Origin: Omnitrophica WOR_2 bacterium RIFOXYA2_FULL_38_17
Lineage (GTDB): Bacteria > Omnitrophota > Gorgyraeia > Zapsychrales > Zapsychraceae
DNA: 64,000 nucleotides
Direction: 5' to 3'
NCBI GenBank assembly: GCA_001805965.1
Contig: MHHG01000012.1
Span: 220-64,219 of the forward strand
Part shown: in pieces, positions 1-11,102 of the stretch
Layout: each line of letters opens with the position of its first letter
Position numbering within the stretch: position 1 is the stretch's first letter
Made by a program: the position numbers and the translations under genes
Notes under the pieces: model-generated
Database searches by the model: none
The model's input: the letters and a program-made list of their open reading frames with translations, nothing else
Told to the model about the DNA's origin: nothing

Positions 1-1179
1 ATACACATAGCGAGGCTCAGCATTAATAACAACTCTCATGTGTGGATATTTAGATTTAAACTTATTTGCTATGGATATTTTAACTTTTTGTACCAGTGAA
101 TCATCGACCGTATCATTAAGTGCAATGTCAAAAACAACATTACACTTATCTATTTTCTTTCCAACTATCCTAAGTTCATGAAAACTTTTTACCCTATTAT
201 CATTACTTACTATCTCACTAATCGTTTGGTAAATATTATCATACAAGGGATGTTCTCTATTTACTGGATCAATATGTGCCACTACTACACCTCCAAAAGA
301 TTCAGAAATTGCCTCTTCCACTTCTTCGGATAATATATGCAGCTTATTAACATCTTCTTTGTCTGAAACTTCAAGATGCAATGAAATAATCCTTGTCTGC
401 CCATAACTCTGGTATATGATATCATGAACTCCCAATACCCCTTCATAAGCTTTGGCTATTTTTTCTATTTTCAACAAAATTTCTTTTGATACAGCAGCTC
501 CTAACAGCGGGTCAATTGCTTCTTTACCTGCCAGGTACCCCGAGTACATAATCGCTAGAGAAACGAAAACACCCATAACACCATCTATATAATATAAACC
601 ATGTCTAGAAGCGACCATAGCGATCAAAACAAAAATCGTAGTAACAGCATCACATCTATGATGATAACCATCCACCTTTAATGCTTGTGAATCAATAGCA
701 TCTCCCAAGATAAAAGCAAATCTAGCCAGCAATTCTTTTACAACTAATGTGGCAAATATTATAGCGATAATCAATACAGAGGCGTGTGATGGATCAGGGT
801 TTAATATCCGGTAAAAAGATTTTTGAAAAAATTCAATACCAGCAACAAACAGCAAAACTGACATGATCAAAGCGGAAACAGGCTCCATCCTTCCATGCCC
901 AAAAGGATGTTCTTTGTCAGGTGGCTTTTGAGATAATTTAAATCCGAATAGGACTACAAAAGATGTAAACATATCTGATAAAGTATGGAATGCGTCAGCA
1001 ATCAAGGAAACACTGTTAATTAAAACACCTAATAAAAACTTTATTATGAACAAAATAATGTTAACAACTACACTCACCCATCCTTCAAGGGCACCATATT
1101 TAGATCTAACTGAAGGGTCTTCAACGTTCGAATAATCTTTTATAAATATTTTTAATATTAAACTGGTAATCGCTTTCAT
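1..1179 (-). CDS. Cation diffusion facilitator (FieF-like) transporter, 3' end cut by window edge
   Basis: Not in the ORF track. Manual translation from ATG 1179: MKAITSLILKIFIKDY...SLIADAFHTLSD...KPPDKEHPFGHGRME...DGYHHRCD (CDF signature motifs). Frame stays open to position 1. Confidence 0.9.
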   Translation of the reverse strand, partial: MKAITSLILKIFIKDYSNVEDPSVRSKYGALEGWVSVVVNIILFIIKFLLGVLINSVSLIADAFHTLSDMFTSFVVLFGFKLSQKPPDKEHPFGHGRMEPVSALIMSVLLFVAGIEFFQKSFYRILNPDPSHASVLIIAIIFATLVVKELLARFAFILGDAIDSQALKVDGYHHRCDAVTTIFVLIAMVASRHGLYYIDGVMGVFVSLAIMYSGYLAGKEAIDPLLGAAVSKEILLKIEKIAKAYEGVLGVHDIIYQSYGQTRIISLHLEVSDKEDVNKLHILSEEVEEAISESFGGVVVAHIDPVNREHPLYDNIYQTISEIVSNDNRVKSFHELRIVGKKIDKCNVVFDIALNDTVDDSLVQKVKISIANKFKSKYPHMRVVINAEPRYVY

Positions 1180-1198
1180 TTATATTTAATTTCCTTTT

Positions 1199-1912
1199 TT
1201 AAATTGCGCCTTTTAAATAGGCAATTCTTTTATTTATTGGAAACCTCTCTATTGCATAGCGTAACATAGTCCTAGGCATTATCTTACAATAATCTTTTAA
1301 AAATTTCTCCTCTGAAGACAAATTTCTTTTACCGATTTCTCTAAGCATCCAACCAACTGCCTTATGAATCAGGTCATGTTCATCATTTAATAATTGTTCA
1401 GATATTTTTAAAGCATCCCTAAAAACATTATTTTTTATATAATAAAAAGTTGAGATTATTGCAATCCTTCTTTCCCACAACAAATCTGAACTTGCTAATT
1501 TATAAAGAATATCTTTATCCTTGTTCAACAAATATGCGCCTACTATCCTATGTGCTGACGAATCAACTAAATCCCAATTGTTTATATATTTAGTATTTTG
1601 TATATATAAATTATAAATTTCATCTTTATTGTTCAACTCTTTTTCAAACTTAGCTACAAGAAATAATAAAGCAGCCAATCTTTCTTCGTGTATTGCCGAC
1701 ACAAGAAGAATCCTAACTTCTCTTAAAGAGATGCTAAGATTTCTGTTAACAACTGGTCTTATTTCAGGGACTTTTACTCCTATAAAAATATCACCCGCAG
1801 CATACTCTCCAGGTCCGGTTTTGAAAAATCCCTGCAAAATCTTGGCCTTATCTTTATTGCTAAATACTTTTAATTCTTTACTTATGATTTCAGCGTTAAT
1901 CCTGTCTCTCAA
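1199..1912 (-). CDS. DNA alkylation repair protein (AlkD-like)
   Basis: FFKTGPGEY, NNWDLVD, LWERR, HKAVGWMLRE and MPRTMLRYAIE motifs. Confidence 0.85.
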   Translation of the reverse strand: MRDRINAEIISKELKVFSNKDKAKILQGFFKTGPGEYAAGDIFIGVKVPEIRPVVNRNLSISLREVRILLVSAIHEERLAALLFLVAKFEKELNNKDEIYNLYIQNTKYINNWDLVDSSAHRIVGAYLLNKDKDILYKLASSDLLWERRIAIISTFYYIKNNVFRDALKISEQLLNDEHDLIHKAVGWMLREIGKRNLSSEEKFLKDYCKIMPRTMLRYAIERFPINKRIAYLKGAI

Positions 1913-3438
1913 AGTTTTCCTTTTACCCTTATTGCCCTAATTGGCCTGACCGGGCACTTATTTTGGCATATACCACAGCCGACACAAAGGTCCTTGTCCA
2001 CATAAGGCAACTTAATAACTTCACCATTATTCATAGTTACATTTTTTAATTTAATAGTTGTATCTTTTAATTTTATAGCTTTATCTGAAACTGGACAATG
2101 CTCTTCACAAACAATACATTGTTTGCCTTGCGAATGTGGATAGCAGATAGATTCATCAATAATTGCCAATCCCAGCTTCTCTTTTTTCTTTTGCTCCAAT
2201 TTTAATTCTGGTATCGCTTTTGTAGGGCAAACTTCTCCGCACAAAGTACAATTATTTTCACAATACCCAATTTCCGGAACTAGCTGAGGAGTCCATAAAG
2301 CTTCTATCCCGGATTTAAGCAATATAGGGTGCAGGCCACTTGTAATGCATACTTTCATGCAATTACCACACCTGACACAAGTATTTATAAACTTCGCCTC
2401 ATTATTAACTCCCGGAGGCCTTATAACATTTTTATATTCTGTTATATCAATCTTATTTTTTTTATTAACAAATCCTAAGCTCGGTAAAGAAACAAACAAT
2501 ATATATAGAAATTCGCGCCTGCTTATCGTTCCCTTTGATTTAGCAGGATTAAAATGCTGTTTTTTATTGTTGAATTTAAAAGAAGTCCCCTCAACAGGAC
2601 AAACATACACACAATCCATGCAAAGGACACATTCATTTTTCTTATAGCTTATATCTTCTTTAATTGCTTGCATTCTGCACGTATTAAGACATTTCTTACA
2701 ATCGGTACACTTATTTACAACTCTTTGAAAAATTGAAAATCTTGAAAAGATTCCAAACAAAGCGCCTAATGGGCACAGGGCCCTACACCATAATCTAGGT
2801 ATTAACAACGGAAATATCGCTATTGCAAGAAATATTGAAAGTGAGCTTTCGGAATTTTCGAAAAAGTATATTTTTATTCCTAATAAATTCTTGCTTAAAT
2901 ATCTGTAAAAATCATAAAACTCACCGTATAGTTCAAAATTCTTTATTGCAAAAGCAAATGCTTTATCAATGACAAATGTCGATGCTGGTATTAAGTTCAG
3001 CGAAACAAATCTTGCAAAAATCACTATTGGGTCAAGTAGCCAGGCTGCTTGAATTCCCAAAATAGCTAAAAAGGAAACAATAAACAAAATATAGAATTTT
3101 AGCTTTATTATGTTTGCATTCAAGCCAGGACTTAAAACCCACTTATTTTTATTAACAATCCCAATAATATCGTTAATTGTTCCAACAGGACAAATCCATC
3201 CACAAACATATCTTCCGAATATCAATGTAAACGCAACAATAATAATTGAAAAAGAAACACCTTCAATCCATTGTCTTATGCTCAACGAAGTAAAAAACAT
3301 TATTAAAGGGTCCAACCTGAAAAGAAGTTTAGGGGAAATTGCACTATTTAAAGGATAGGTTGTTGACCATATCACATAAATAAATAATCCCAGAAATAAA
3401 AGTTGAAAAAATTTTCTTGCAATAATAAGTTTTTTCAT
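1909..3438 (-). CDS. Membrane polyferredoxin (NapH/MauN-like N-half fused to NapG/MauM-like C-half)
   Basis: TM helices, CGWICPVG and WCRALCPLG motifs, several CxxCxxCxxxC motifs, internal SRREFL and IRPPG. Confidence 0.85.
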   Translation of the reverse strand: MKKLIIARKFFQLLFLGLFIYVIWSTTYPLNSAISPKLLFRLDPLIMFFTSLSIRQWIEGVSFSIIIVAFTLIFGRYVCGWICPVGTINDIIGIVNKNKWVLSPGLNANIIKLKFYILFIVSFLAILGIQAAWLLDPIVIFARFVSLNLIPASTFVIDKAFAFAIKNFELYGEFYDFYRYLSKNLLGIKIYFFENSESSLSIFLAIAIFPLLIPRLWCRALCPLGALFGIFSRFSIFQRVVNKCTDCKKCLNTCRMQAIKEDISYKKNECVLCMDCVYVCPVEGTSFKFNNKKQHFNPAKSKGTISRREFLYILFVSLPSLGFVNKKNKIDITEYKNVIRPPGVNNEAKFINTCVRCGNCMKVCITSGLHPILLKSGIEALWTPQLVPEIGYCENNCTLCGEVCPTKAIPELKLEQKKKEKLGLAIIDESICYPHSQGKQCIVCEEHCPVSDKAIKLKDTTIKLKNVTMNNGEVIKLPYVDKDLCVGCGICQNKCPVRPIRAIRVKGKL

Positions 3439-3447
3439 AGGAAGTTA

Positions 3448-4428
3448 TTATATGGTCAATTCTTTGATATCAGATTTTTCAAGATTTGATTTCCCAAATT
3501 TTCTTTCAAAAGCCTCTTTAAGGTAAGGCACTGACATCGGGTCTTTTTTCATTAATTTACAAGCATAGGTGTCTGCCAAAGTCGGATCAGTTGAAGCAAT
3601 AACTGTATCCAAATTTATCACATCCTTAAGGCTGCCTCCGCTTGGCCCATTTTTTGTAAGCACTCTTGTGGCATCAATAACAGTAAGGTCGGGGTTTATA
3701 AAATCAGTAAGATCGACAAGCTTTTTTGCAATATCAATATGAATAAGCCCCCTTGTTCCGCTGCATACACCCATCAAATTTTTCATTGATAAAGTAAGCC
3801 CTGTTAACCCGTGATGTTTTAATACAGGGACATTAATAAAGGTATCACAGACTACAGCATCGCGTACTATAGGCCAATCCTCCATAGCGCTTTTATAAGG
3901 GAATTTAGCCTTAAGCACATTCCAATGATCTGCAAAATATACTTTTGCGCCTTTTTCCTCTGCTGCTTTTTGAATACCGCTGTTTTCATATACACGCCTA
4001 TCATCGTTACATGGTATATCAAAAACATTGACCCTTTTAGCCCCAGCTTTGTAGCAAAGTTCAACAATAGTTGCAACTACTTGCGGGTCAGTATTGGCAG
4101 CTTGTTCAGGGCTTCTATCCCAAGCCATATTAGGCTTTACAAGGACAACATCACCTTTCTTAACAAATTTCTCAATGCCGCCTAGCAGCTCTATTGCTTT
4201 CTCAACATTTTTCCCTGAATTTAAGCCCTTTACGGCAACAAGGTCATGCGCACAATCAATACTCTTTTTGACTCTTGGCATAGCATCTGAATTTTTGGCA
4301 AATGCAAATTTAAGGAACTGGTTTTCTGAAAGAAAATAAACCAGTCCTCCAATAAGGATTTTCATGAACTCCCTTCTTGAAACTGACATTTTTAAATATG
4401 CTTCAAGTTTATATAACAATTTATTCAT
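3448..4428 (-). CDS. DUF362 family protein with Tat-like signal
   Basis: VLVKPN, NTDPQVV, INVPVLKHH, TLSMKNLMG, GPSGG; SRREFMK followed by a hydrophobic stretch and AFA. Start moved to 4428 because it gives an ATGA overlap with the upstream gene. Confidence 0.85.
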   Translation of the reverse strand: MNKLLYKLEAYLKMSVSRREFMKILIGGLVYFLSENQFLKFAFAKNSDAMPRVKKSIDCAHDLVAVKGLNSGKNVEKAIELLGGIEKFVKKGDVVLVKPNMAWDRSPEQAANTDPQVVATIVELCYKAGAKRVNVFDIPCNDDRRVYENSGIQKAAEEKGAKVYFADHWNVLKAKFPYKSAMEDWPIVRDAVVCDTFINVPVLKHHGLTGLTLSMKNLMGVCSGTRGLIHIDIAKKLVDLTDFINPDLTVIDATRVLTKNGPSGGSLKDVINLDTVIASTDPTLADTYACKLMKKDPMSVPYLKEAFERKFGKSNLEKSDIKELTI

Positions 4429-4832
4429 CTTATACTCACTTTCCATGGCCACTTGACGCAAGATTTAATTTCAGGAAACACTGTATAATCAGCATTGCCA
4501 ATTAATGCCATTGTTTTAACATCAAAATCTTTCAACTCATTTTTTGCTGCAAGCATTGTTTTACCTGACACAACAGCATCATCAACCAACAAAATTTTTT
4601 TAAATTCATTGGGTAAATTAAAGGGCATCAGGAGTTTTGGTTCTTTAAATCTTGGTGAATTGCTACTATCCCTATAATTTATATGGATTGAGCTCAGTGA
4701 TAAGTTGAGATTATAAGCAACTATGCTTGCAGGAACCAATCCCCCTTGTCCAATAGCCACAACATGATCTACATCAGCAATATTTAAATCCGTCAATCCT
4801 TTTAAAACTTCTTTAAAACTCAATTCAATCAT
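4425..4832 (-). CDS. Type I phosphoribosyltransferase
   Basis: VAIGQGG and PRPP-binding loop ILLVDDAVVSGKT; C-terminal VKWPW. Confidence 0.8.
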   Translation of the reverse strand: MIELSFKEVLKGLTDLNIADVDHVVAIGQGGLVPASIVAYNLNLSLSSIHINYRDSSNSPRFKEPKLLMPFNLPNEFKKILLVDDAVVSGKTMLAAKNELKDFDVKTMALIGNADYTVFPEIKSCVKWPWKVSIR

Positions 4833-5371
4833 TTATTCAATCTTTCTGTTATGTTTTTTGAAAACAAGCCAATGATTAAAAGCACGAAAATCCCAGGCAA
4901 AGCCAAAGTTAATTCTGAAAACATATTACTTAATTCAAAGCGCTCCGACAGAAAATATATGATTAAATATGAAAACACTTTTGCAAAAACGAATGCAATA
5001 AATCCAACAAACCTGCAATATCTTTTTGAATGAAAAATAATTTGAGCAAAAACAGCGAAAACAATTAATTCGAAGGATAATTTTGATGCGATTTCCAGCC
5101 GAGGCATTCCTGTAAAAAACGTATTAATCCAAGGAGAGATAATACAAGACGTAATTGCCACGTGTCTCTTATAAACTATTGAAGAAAAAAGGGGCGCATA
5201 GAATATTGGTAACCATACTGCCCCAATAGGGTAAGGCCCCCTGCTTGGAATCATATGAAAAAGAATTGGAATTACAAGCATTGCAAAAAAAGTAAGAAGG
5301 ATCTTGTCAGCCTGAACACTAGCTAAGGACTCAATAACATTTATTTTTGTCTTGAACATAACTAACCTCAA
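4829..5371 (-). CDS. Probable ECF transporter S-component-like membrane protein
   Basis: About 6 TM helices; IPILFHM...GAVWLPIF...SPWINTFFTGMP pattern. Confidence 0.55.
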   Translation of the reverse strand: MRLVMFKTKINVIESLASVQADKILLTFFAMLVIPILFHMIPSRGPYPIGAVWLPIFYAPLFSSIVYKRHVAITSCIISPWINTFFTGMPRLEIASKLSFELIVFAVFAQIIFHSKRYCRFVGFIAFVFAKVFSYLIIYFLSERFELSNMFSELTLALPGIFVLLIIGLFSKNITERLNK

Positions 5372-5396
5372 TTTTTATTAGTCTAAACTTTAATAA

Positions 5397-5428
5397 AAAA
5401 GGGGATACCTCTTTAGGCACCCCCTTTT
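5397..5428 (-). terminator. Intrinsic terminator after the 5470..5766 gene
   Basis: AAAAGGGG...CCCCTTTT hairpin with inner CCT/AGG pairing, followed by a T-run on the minus strand. Confidence 0.7.
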
Positions 5429-5469
5429 GAAAAAGAAAAATAATTTTCAATTTTCCGAAAATTAGTTAT

Positions 5470-5766
5470 TTACCAGCTAAAAATCATAGCTAAAACAAGC
5501 ATCATAACAACAAAAAAAGTAATTCCACGTACCCATACAGGGGCTCTTGGCATTGTATCAACTTCACTACCTGCTTCCAAATCAGCTACTAGATTAATTT
5601 GTCTTCCAATTGTATAAAAGGCAAATGCGGCTAGCAATAACATCAAAGCTTCTGTTCCAACATCAAACCTAAGCACATACAAGACCGATACTGACATAAA
5701 AGTAAAAGTGTAAATGTATGTATTCACCTTAACTTTGTTTAGAAAGCCTTTTGTTACATCATTCAT
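5470..5766 (-). CDS. Hypothetical small membrane protein (about 3 TM)
   Basis: 98-aa ORF with AGGAGG RBS and its own terminator. Confidence 0.7.
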   Translation of the reverse strand: MNDVTKGFLNKVKVNTYIYTFTFMSVSVLYVLRFDVGTEALMLLLAAFAFYTIGRQINLVADLEAGSEVDTMPRAPVWVRGITFFVVMMLVLAMIFSW

Positions 5767-5902
5767 TATAATTCCTCCTATATCTGATTATTAGAGCATC
5801 TAAATAATAACAAAATCAGTATATCACAAATATATTAAGAGCAAACACAATAATGTTTTAATTATAATTAAGGATTTTTTGTTATTTGATAAATAATATA
5901 TA

Positions 5903-6961
5903 TTAGCAAATTCTAGGAAGCTGTTCTCCGGAAAGCATATCAACGACACGCATTGTGCCTATACAGCTACGCATTGTAACCAATCCGTGATTTTTAGATG
6001 AAACATAACCAATACACTTTGCATCCATACCCAGGCCATGTGAGTGAAAAATATTTAATGCTTTGTCAACATGATCATGTTTTACAAAAACAATAAATCT
6101 TCCTTCATTAGCAACGTACATAGGATCAAATCCCAGGATCTCGCAAGCGCCACGAACATCTTCTCTGACGGGTATGTTATTCTCATCAATGGTAATTTGC
6201 AGTTTGGAAGTTTTTGCAATTTCAACTAATGCAGATGCTAATCCGCCTCTTGTTAGATCGCGCATGCAATGTATTTCAATGTTTGAATCAATTAGCTTAG
6301 AAACAAGTTCATTTAGAGGCGCAGAATCACTTTCTATAACAGTATTAAACTCCAAGCCCTCTCTCACAGCCATAATAGCAATGCCATGTCTGCCAATATC
6401 CCCACTTAATATTATCGCATCTCCATCAACAACAGAAAATGGCTCAATACATAACTTATGTTTTATAAGACCTATGCCAGTAGTGTTTATAAATATGCCG
6501 TCTCCTTTTCCCTTATCAACAACTTTGGTATCGCCAGTAACAATATCAACACCTGCTTTATTTGCAGCGAATTGCATTGATTTAACAATTTTTATCAGCT
6601 TATCCATCTCAAGGCCTTCCTCAAGAATAAATCCTACAGATATAGCAACTGGAACTGCTCCGGACATAGCCAGATCATTAACTGTTCCGTATATTGCCAT
6701 TGAGCCAATATCTCCTCCCGGGAAAAACAGCGGTTCAACGACATAAGAATCCGTTGTCATTGCAATCCTAGATGAATCAATATCAAGGACAGCTGAATCG
6801 TGTGATTTATGCAATTCTTTATTATTAAACTCTTTTTTAAAAACGCCTTCAATAAGCTTATTCATCAGGGTCCCTCCGCTGCCATGCGCTAAAAGGACAT
6901 TAGGATAATCATTTATTGAGATAGGACAACTGGCATTAAAATCTCTATTTTTAGGCATCAA
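5903..6961 (-). CDS. hypE: Hydrogenase maturation protein HypE
   Basis: [28 protein letters not shown]-terminal LPRIC. Confidence 0.97.
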   Translation of the reverse strand: MMPKNRDFNASCPISINDYPNVLLAHGSGGTLMNKLIEGVFKKEFNNKELHKSHDSAVLDIDSSRIAMTTDSYVVEPLFFPGGDIGSMAIYGTVNDLAMSGAVPVAISVGFILEEGLEMDKLIKIVKSMQFAANKAGVDIVTGDTKVVDKGKGDGIFINTTGIGLIKHKLCIEPFSVVDGDAIILSGDIGRHGIAIMAVREGLEFNTVIESDSAPLNELVSKLIDSNIEIHCMRDLTRGGLASALVEIAKTSKLQITIDENNIPVREDVRGACEILGFDPMYVANEGRFIVFVKHDHVDKALNIFHSHGLGMDAKCIGYVSSKNHGLVTMRSCIGTMRVVDMLSGEQLPRIC

Positions 6962-8061
6962 ATTTTTGCTCCAAATGGATTCTTTCTATATCTAAAATAT
7001 GCATTACAAGCACCTTCTGAAGAGACCATTGGCGCCCCCAATGGGTGCTCCGGTTTACATTGCCTATCAAATTCACTGCATTCATGCGGGTTTTTAATAC
7101 CCTGCAATACCATTCCCGCAATACATTCAGTCGGCTCTTGAACATTAATATTTTCAAGCTTAAATATTTTCTCCGCATCAAAGCGCTCGTAAGACTTTTG
7201 AAGGCCTAATCCGCTGTAAGGTATTTCACCAATACCTCTCCATTTTCTTGGCACAACACAAAACACTTTATCAACAATTTTCTGAGCATTCAAATTACCA
7301 CTCCTGGTAACAACTCTTGAATATTCATTTTGAACCAAGAAAGTCCCTCGCTCAAGCTGTTCAACACACAATTGAATTCCTCTTAAAATATCAACAGGTT
7401 CAAAACCTGTAACCACTATTGGAACTTTATATTTTTCTGCAATTAACTCATATTGTTTATACCCCATAATCGTACAAACATGTCCTGCCGCCAAAAATCC
7501 CTGTACCTGATTTTGTTTCGAAGAAAGAACTGCCTCCATTGCCGGAGGCACTAAAACATGTGATACAAGAACAGAAAAATTCGACACCCCTTGCTTATCT
7601 GCTTGATATACTGCCATAGCATTTGCAGGTGCCGTAGTTTCAAAACCCACTGCAAAAAAGACGACCTTTCTATCGGGTTGTTTTTTTGCCAGCTCTAATG
7701 CATCCATCGGGGAATAAACGATTCGCACATCGCCACCTTCAGCTTTAACTGACAAAAGATCTTTGTTTTTACCGGGAACCCTAAGCATGTCTCCAAAAGA
7801 ACAAAAGATAACATCTTTCTTTGAGGCGATAATAACTGCTTGCTCTATTGCTTCAAGAGGAGTAACACAAACAGGACATCCCGGGCCATGTATAAGTGTT
7901 ACATTCTTTGGAAGCAGTTCGTCTAGGCCAAATTTTATAATAGAGTGAGTTTGTCCGCCACAGATCTCCATTATCTTCCATGGACGAGTCGTAGCTCTCC
8001 GAATTGACCCAGCTATCTTATGAGCAACTTCTGCATCACGATATTCATCAATAAACCTCAT
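6958..8061 (-). CDS. hypD: Hydrogenase maturation protein HypD
   Basis: [32 protein letters not shown]. Confidence 0.97.
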   Translation of the reverse strand: MRFIDEYRDAEVAHKIAGSIRRATTRPWKIMEICGGQTHSIIKFGLDELLPKNVTLIHGPGCPVCVTPLEAIEQAVIIASKKDVIFCSFGDMLRVPGKNKDLLSVKAEGGDVRIVYSPMDALELAKKQPDRKVVFFAVGFETTAPANAMAVYQADKQGVSNFSVLVSHVLVPPAMEAVLSSKQNQVQGFLAAGHVCTIMGYKQYELIAEKYKVPIVVTGFEPVDILRGIQLCVEQLERGTFLVQNEYSRVVTRSGNLNAQKIVDKVFCVVPRKWRGIGEIPYSGLGLQKSYERFDAEKIFKLENINVQEPTECIAGMVLQGIKNPHECSEFDRQCKPEHPLGAPMVSSEGACNAYFRYRKNPFGAKI

Positions 8062-8321
8062 TAAAGCTCATCTCCTCCCCACTCTTCATCAGCAAATCCC
8101 TCGATCAGCTTGATATCTTCAAGTAACTTTTCTGCTTCTGCCTCATCAATTATATTTAAAGCAAACCCCACATGCGCAATGACATAATCATTGACTTTAG
8201 CGTCCGGAACATAGGAAAGATTTATATCCTTGATCACTCCGCCGAAATTAACTTTGCCAATTTTATTTAATGGATCAACTCCAATAATTTCTTCAATTTT
8301 GCCTGGAGCAGCTAAACACAT
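8061..8321 (-). CDS. hypC: Hydrogenase assembly chaperone HypC
   Basis: N-terminal MCLAAPG and YVIAHVGFA. Confidence 0.96.
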   Translation of the reverse strand: MCLAAPGKIEEIIGVDPLNKIGKVNFGGVIKDINLSYVPDAKVNDYVIAHVGFALNIIDEAEAEKLLEDIKLIEGFADEEWGGDEL

Positions 8322-8376
8322 ATTGTTTCCTCATATTAATTAAAATAATAAAAATATTATATCACGGCAGATTTGT

Positions 8377-10635
8377 TTATTTTTCCCTTTTAGCTGCTAG
8401 AACTTGGCCTAAAGATATGCCCCCATCATTTGGAGGCACCCTTTGATGCCAGTAAACTTTAAAATTCTCCGTAGTCAATCTATCAATTGCTCTCTCCGTA
8501 AGATACTTGTTCTGGAAACAGCCACCTGACAATGCAACTTTGTCAATATTTACAGTCTTTGCAATATCAACTATGATTTCCACTAAAGTGTTATGGAATT
8601 TTAAAGATATCATTCCGGTAGCACAGCCTTCTTCTAAATCACTTATCAGTGATTCCAAAAACTTATTATATTTTATAATAAGAACATTGTCATTATCATG
8701 AAGCTCATAAGGATAAAACTCATCCGTTTTATATCCTTGCGCAGCGAATTCAAGTTGCATTGCAGCTTGACCTTCATATTTTGAATTATGGCATAAGCCA
8801 ATCATTGAGGAAACAGCGTCAAACAATCTTCCTACGCTTGAAGTGTTAGAGGTATTAATAATATTTTCTAGCATCTGGCAGATATTTTTTAATTCAACAG
8901 GCTCAAAAGAATTAAAAGTTTTAACACTTTTTTTATCAAACATTTTGTCGCCAAAGACCTTATACAAAAGCCCTAAAGCCGACCTTCTGGCTTCTTTAAT
9001 TGCAATCTCACCTCCAGGCAAACTGAATGGATCAAAATATGCGACCCTATCAAACGAATTGTCATTTATTATCAAAAACTCCCCACCCCACAAGGTTCCA
9101 TCATCACCAAGCCCAGCTCCATCCCAGCTTATTCCCAGCACGGGTGAGCTAATTTGATTATCTGCCATACAAGAAAGAATATGGGCATAATGATGTTGCA
9201 CAGAAATTTTCGGCAGCTCTAATCCTTCAGCAAATTTAGATGATACATAATCTGGATGCTTGTCAAACGCAACAACTTCTGGTTTTTCTTCATAAATACC
9301 AATAAAGTCATCAATGGTTTTCCCGAAAGCTTCATTTGATTTTTGACTTCCAAGATCACCGATATGCTGACTAATAAAAACATTTGATCCGTGTGAAACA
9401 GAAACTGTATTCTTCAGATGCGACCCTAAAGCAATAACTGATGTTTTTCCATCTTCAATAAATATTGGCAAAGGCGCATAGCCACGGGCTCGGCGTAAAA
9501 TCTGCTCTTTTCCTTTAATTTCACGAACAATAGAATCATCCACATGCCTTGCTATTGGTCTATCATGAATAAGAAAATAATCAGCTACATTTCCAAGGTC
9601 TTCAATCGCTTCCCACTCATCAATGCATATAGGGTCTTCTGACAGGTTTCCACTGGTAGCTACTACAGGTATTTTTAGATTCTGCATTAAAATAAAATGC
9701 AATGGCGTATAAGGCAACATTACGCCAAGATATGGATTCCCAGGAGCAATATTTGCAGCAACAGGATGCCCCTTTTTCATAAGCAAAACGATCGGAGACT
9801 GTGCAGAGCATAGTATTTGTTCTTCAACTTGCGAAACACTGCAAGCTTTTTTTACTTCATCAATATCATAATACATAACAGCAAATGGCTTAGCTTCCCT
9901 GTTTTTCCTCACCCTTAAGCGCTCAACCGCCACTGCATCTCTAGCATCTGTCATAAGCTGAAACCCTCCCAAGCCTTTTATAGCAACGATATTTCCCTCT
10001 TTAATAAGGGAAGCTGCCATTTTGATAGCAGTAACTGTTTTGCCTATTATCTCCCCTTTATTATCGCATAGTTCTATAGATGGGCCACAAACGGGACAAG
10101 CATTTGGCTGCGCATGAAAACGTCTGTTATCCGGATCATTATATTCCTTATCACAGTCATCGCACATCACAAAAGCGCTCATTGTAGTATTCTTTCTGTC
10201 ATAGGGCAAAGTTTTAATAATACTGTAGCGAGGGCCACAATGTGTACAATTCGTAAATGGGTACTTATAGCGCCTATTAGCTGTATCTTGAATTTCTTTC
10301 TTACACTCCTCACACATTGCAATGTCTGGCATGATAAGAGCTGTCTTCTCCCCGATGATACTTTCTTTAATTTCAAAAGATTTATAACCAACCACTTCAA
10401 GGAATATCAACTCTAAAGACTGAACATTTGAGTGAACTGGATTCTCTTTATCGATCCTATAAATGAAATCCTCAATATCATTTTTTTCGCCTTCTGCTTC
10501 AATTACAACACCTTCAGAAGTGTTACAAACCCATCCATTAAGGCCACAGTCTTTGGCCATATTGTGGATATAAGGCCTAAAGCCTACACCTTGTACAGTT
10601 CCCTTGACCTTTAAATGAACTCTTAAAGTAGTCAT
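8377..10635 (-). CDS. hypF: Carbamoyltransferase HypF
   Basis: Acylphosphatase VQGVGFRP, two Zn fingers, QHHYAH, PPNDGGISLGQ. Confidence 0.97.
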   Translation of the reverse strand: MTTLRVHLKVKGTVQGVGFRPYIHNMAKDCGLNGWVCNTSEGVVIEAEGEKNDIEDFIYRIDKENPVHSNVQSLELIFLEVVGYKSFEIKESIIGEKTALIMPDIAMCEECKKEIQDTANRRYKYPFTNCTHCGPRYSIIKTLPYDRKNTTMSAFVMCDDCDKEYNDPDNRRFHAQPNACPVCGPSIELCDNKGEIIGKTVTAIKMAASLIKEGNIVAIKGLGGFQLMTDARDAVAVERLRVRKNREAKPFAVMYYDIDEVKKACSVSQVEEQILCSAQSPIVLLMKKGHPVAANIAPGNPYLGVMLPYTPLHFILMQNLKIPVVATSGNLSEDPICIDEWEAIEDLGNVADYFLIHDRPIARHVDDSIVREIKGKEQILRRARGYAPLPIFIEDGKTSVIALGSHLKNTVSVSHGSNVFISQHIGDLGSQKSNEAFGKTIDDFIGIYEEKPEVVAFDKHPDYVSSKFAEGLELPKISVQHHYAHILSCMADNQISSPVLGISWDGAGLGDDGTLWGGEFLIINDNSFDRVAYFDPFSLPGGEIAIKEARRSALGLLYKVFGDKMFDKKSVKTFNSFEPVELKNICQMLENIINTSNTSSVGRLFDAVSSMIGLCHNSKYEGQAAMQLEFAAQGYKTDEFYPYELHDNDNVLIIKYNKFLESLISDLEEGCATGMISLKFHNTLVEIIVDIAKTVNIDKVALSGGCFQNKYLTERAIDRLTTENFKVYWHQRVPPNDGGISLGQVLAAKREK

Positions 10636-11102
10636 TAATTAATTTCTTTAAAATTATTTGTCGTTAATGTTTGTTCCAAAAATATAACAGCATCCTTTAA
10701 ATTATTTTTTGCTTTCTCGGATAAATATTGTCCAAATTCGTTAAAATCATATCCTCTGATCCCTAAAATATACCCCTGGGTTTTTGTTTTAAATAATTCA
10801 TGTGCCAGGCCTAAAACATTATCAGGTTCAATGCTATGAGTAGAAAAAGTCAATGAAGCTTTAGGAGTTAATTTCTGGAAGGAGAACGGTTCTGTTCCGT
10901 TTATAGAGGCATCGGCAAAGATCACAATATCATTCTCTGCTACTGAAGCTGCATCTTCTACAGATAGCTGATAATTAGAATCAATAGTTAATCCAGGGAA
11001 GCTCTTTTCTTCGAAGATCTCAGCCAATGCTGGACCTAAACCATCATCGAGCCGCCCTGGATTACCAAAACCAATAAGCAGGACTTTTCCTACAGAGGTC
11101 AT
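10635..11102 (-). CDS. hoxW: Hydrogenase maturation protease (HoxW-type)
   Basis: IGFGNPGRLDDGLG, VIFADA, FSTH; directly after the large subunit. Confidence 0.88.
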   Translation of the reverse strand: MTSVGKVLLIGFGNPGRLDDGLGPALAEIFEEKSFPGLTIDSNYQLSVEDAASVAENDIVIFADASINGTEPFSFQKLTPKASLTFSTHSIEPDNVLGLAHELFKTKTQGYILGIRGYDFNEFGQYLSEKAKNNLKDAVIFLEQTLTTNNFKEIN

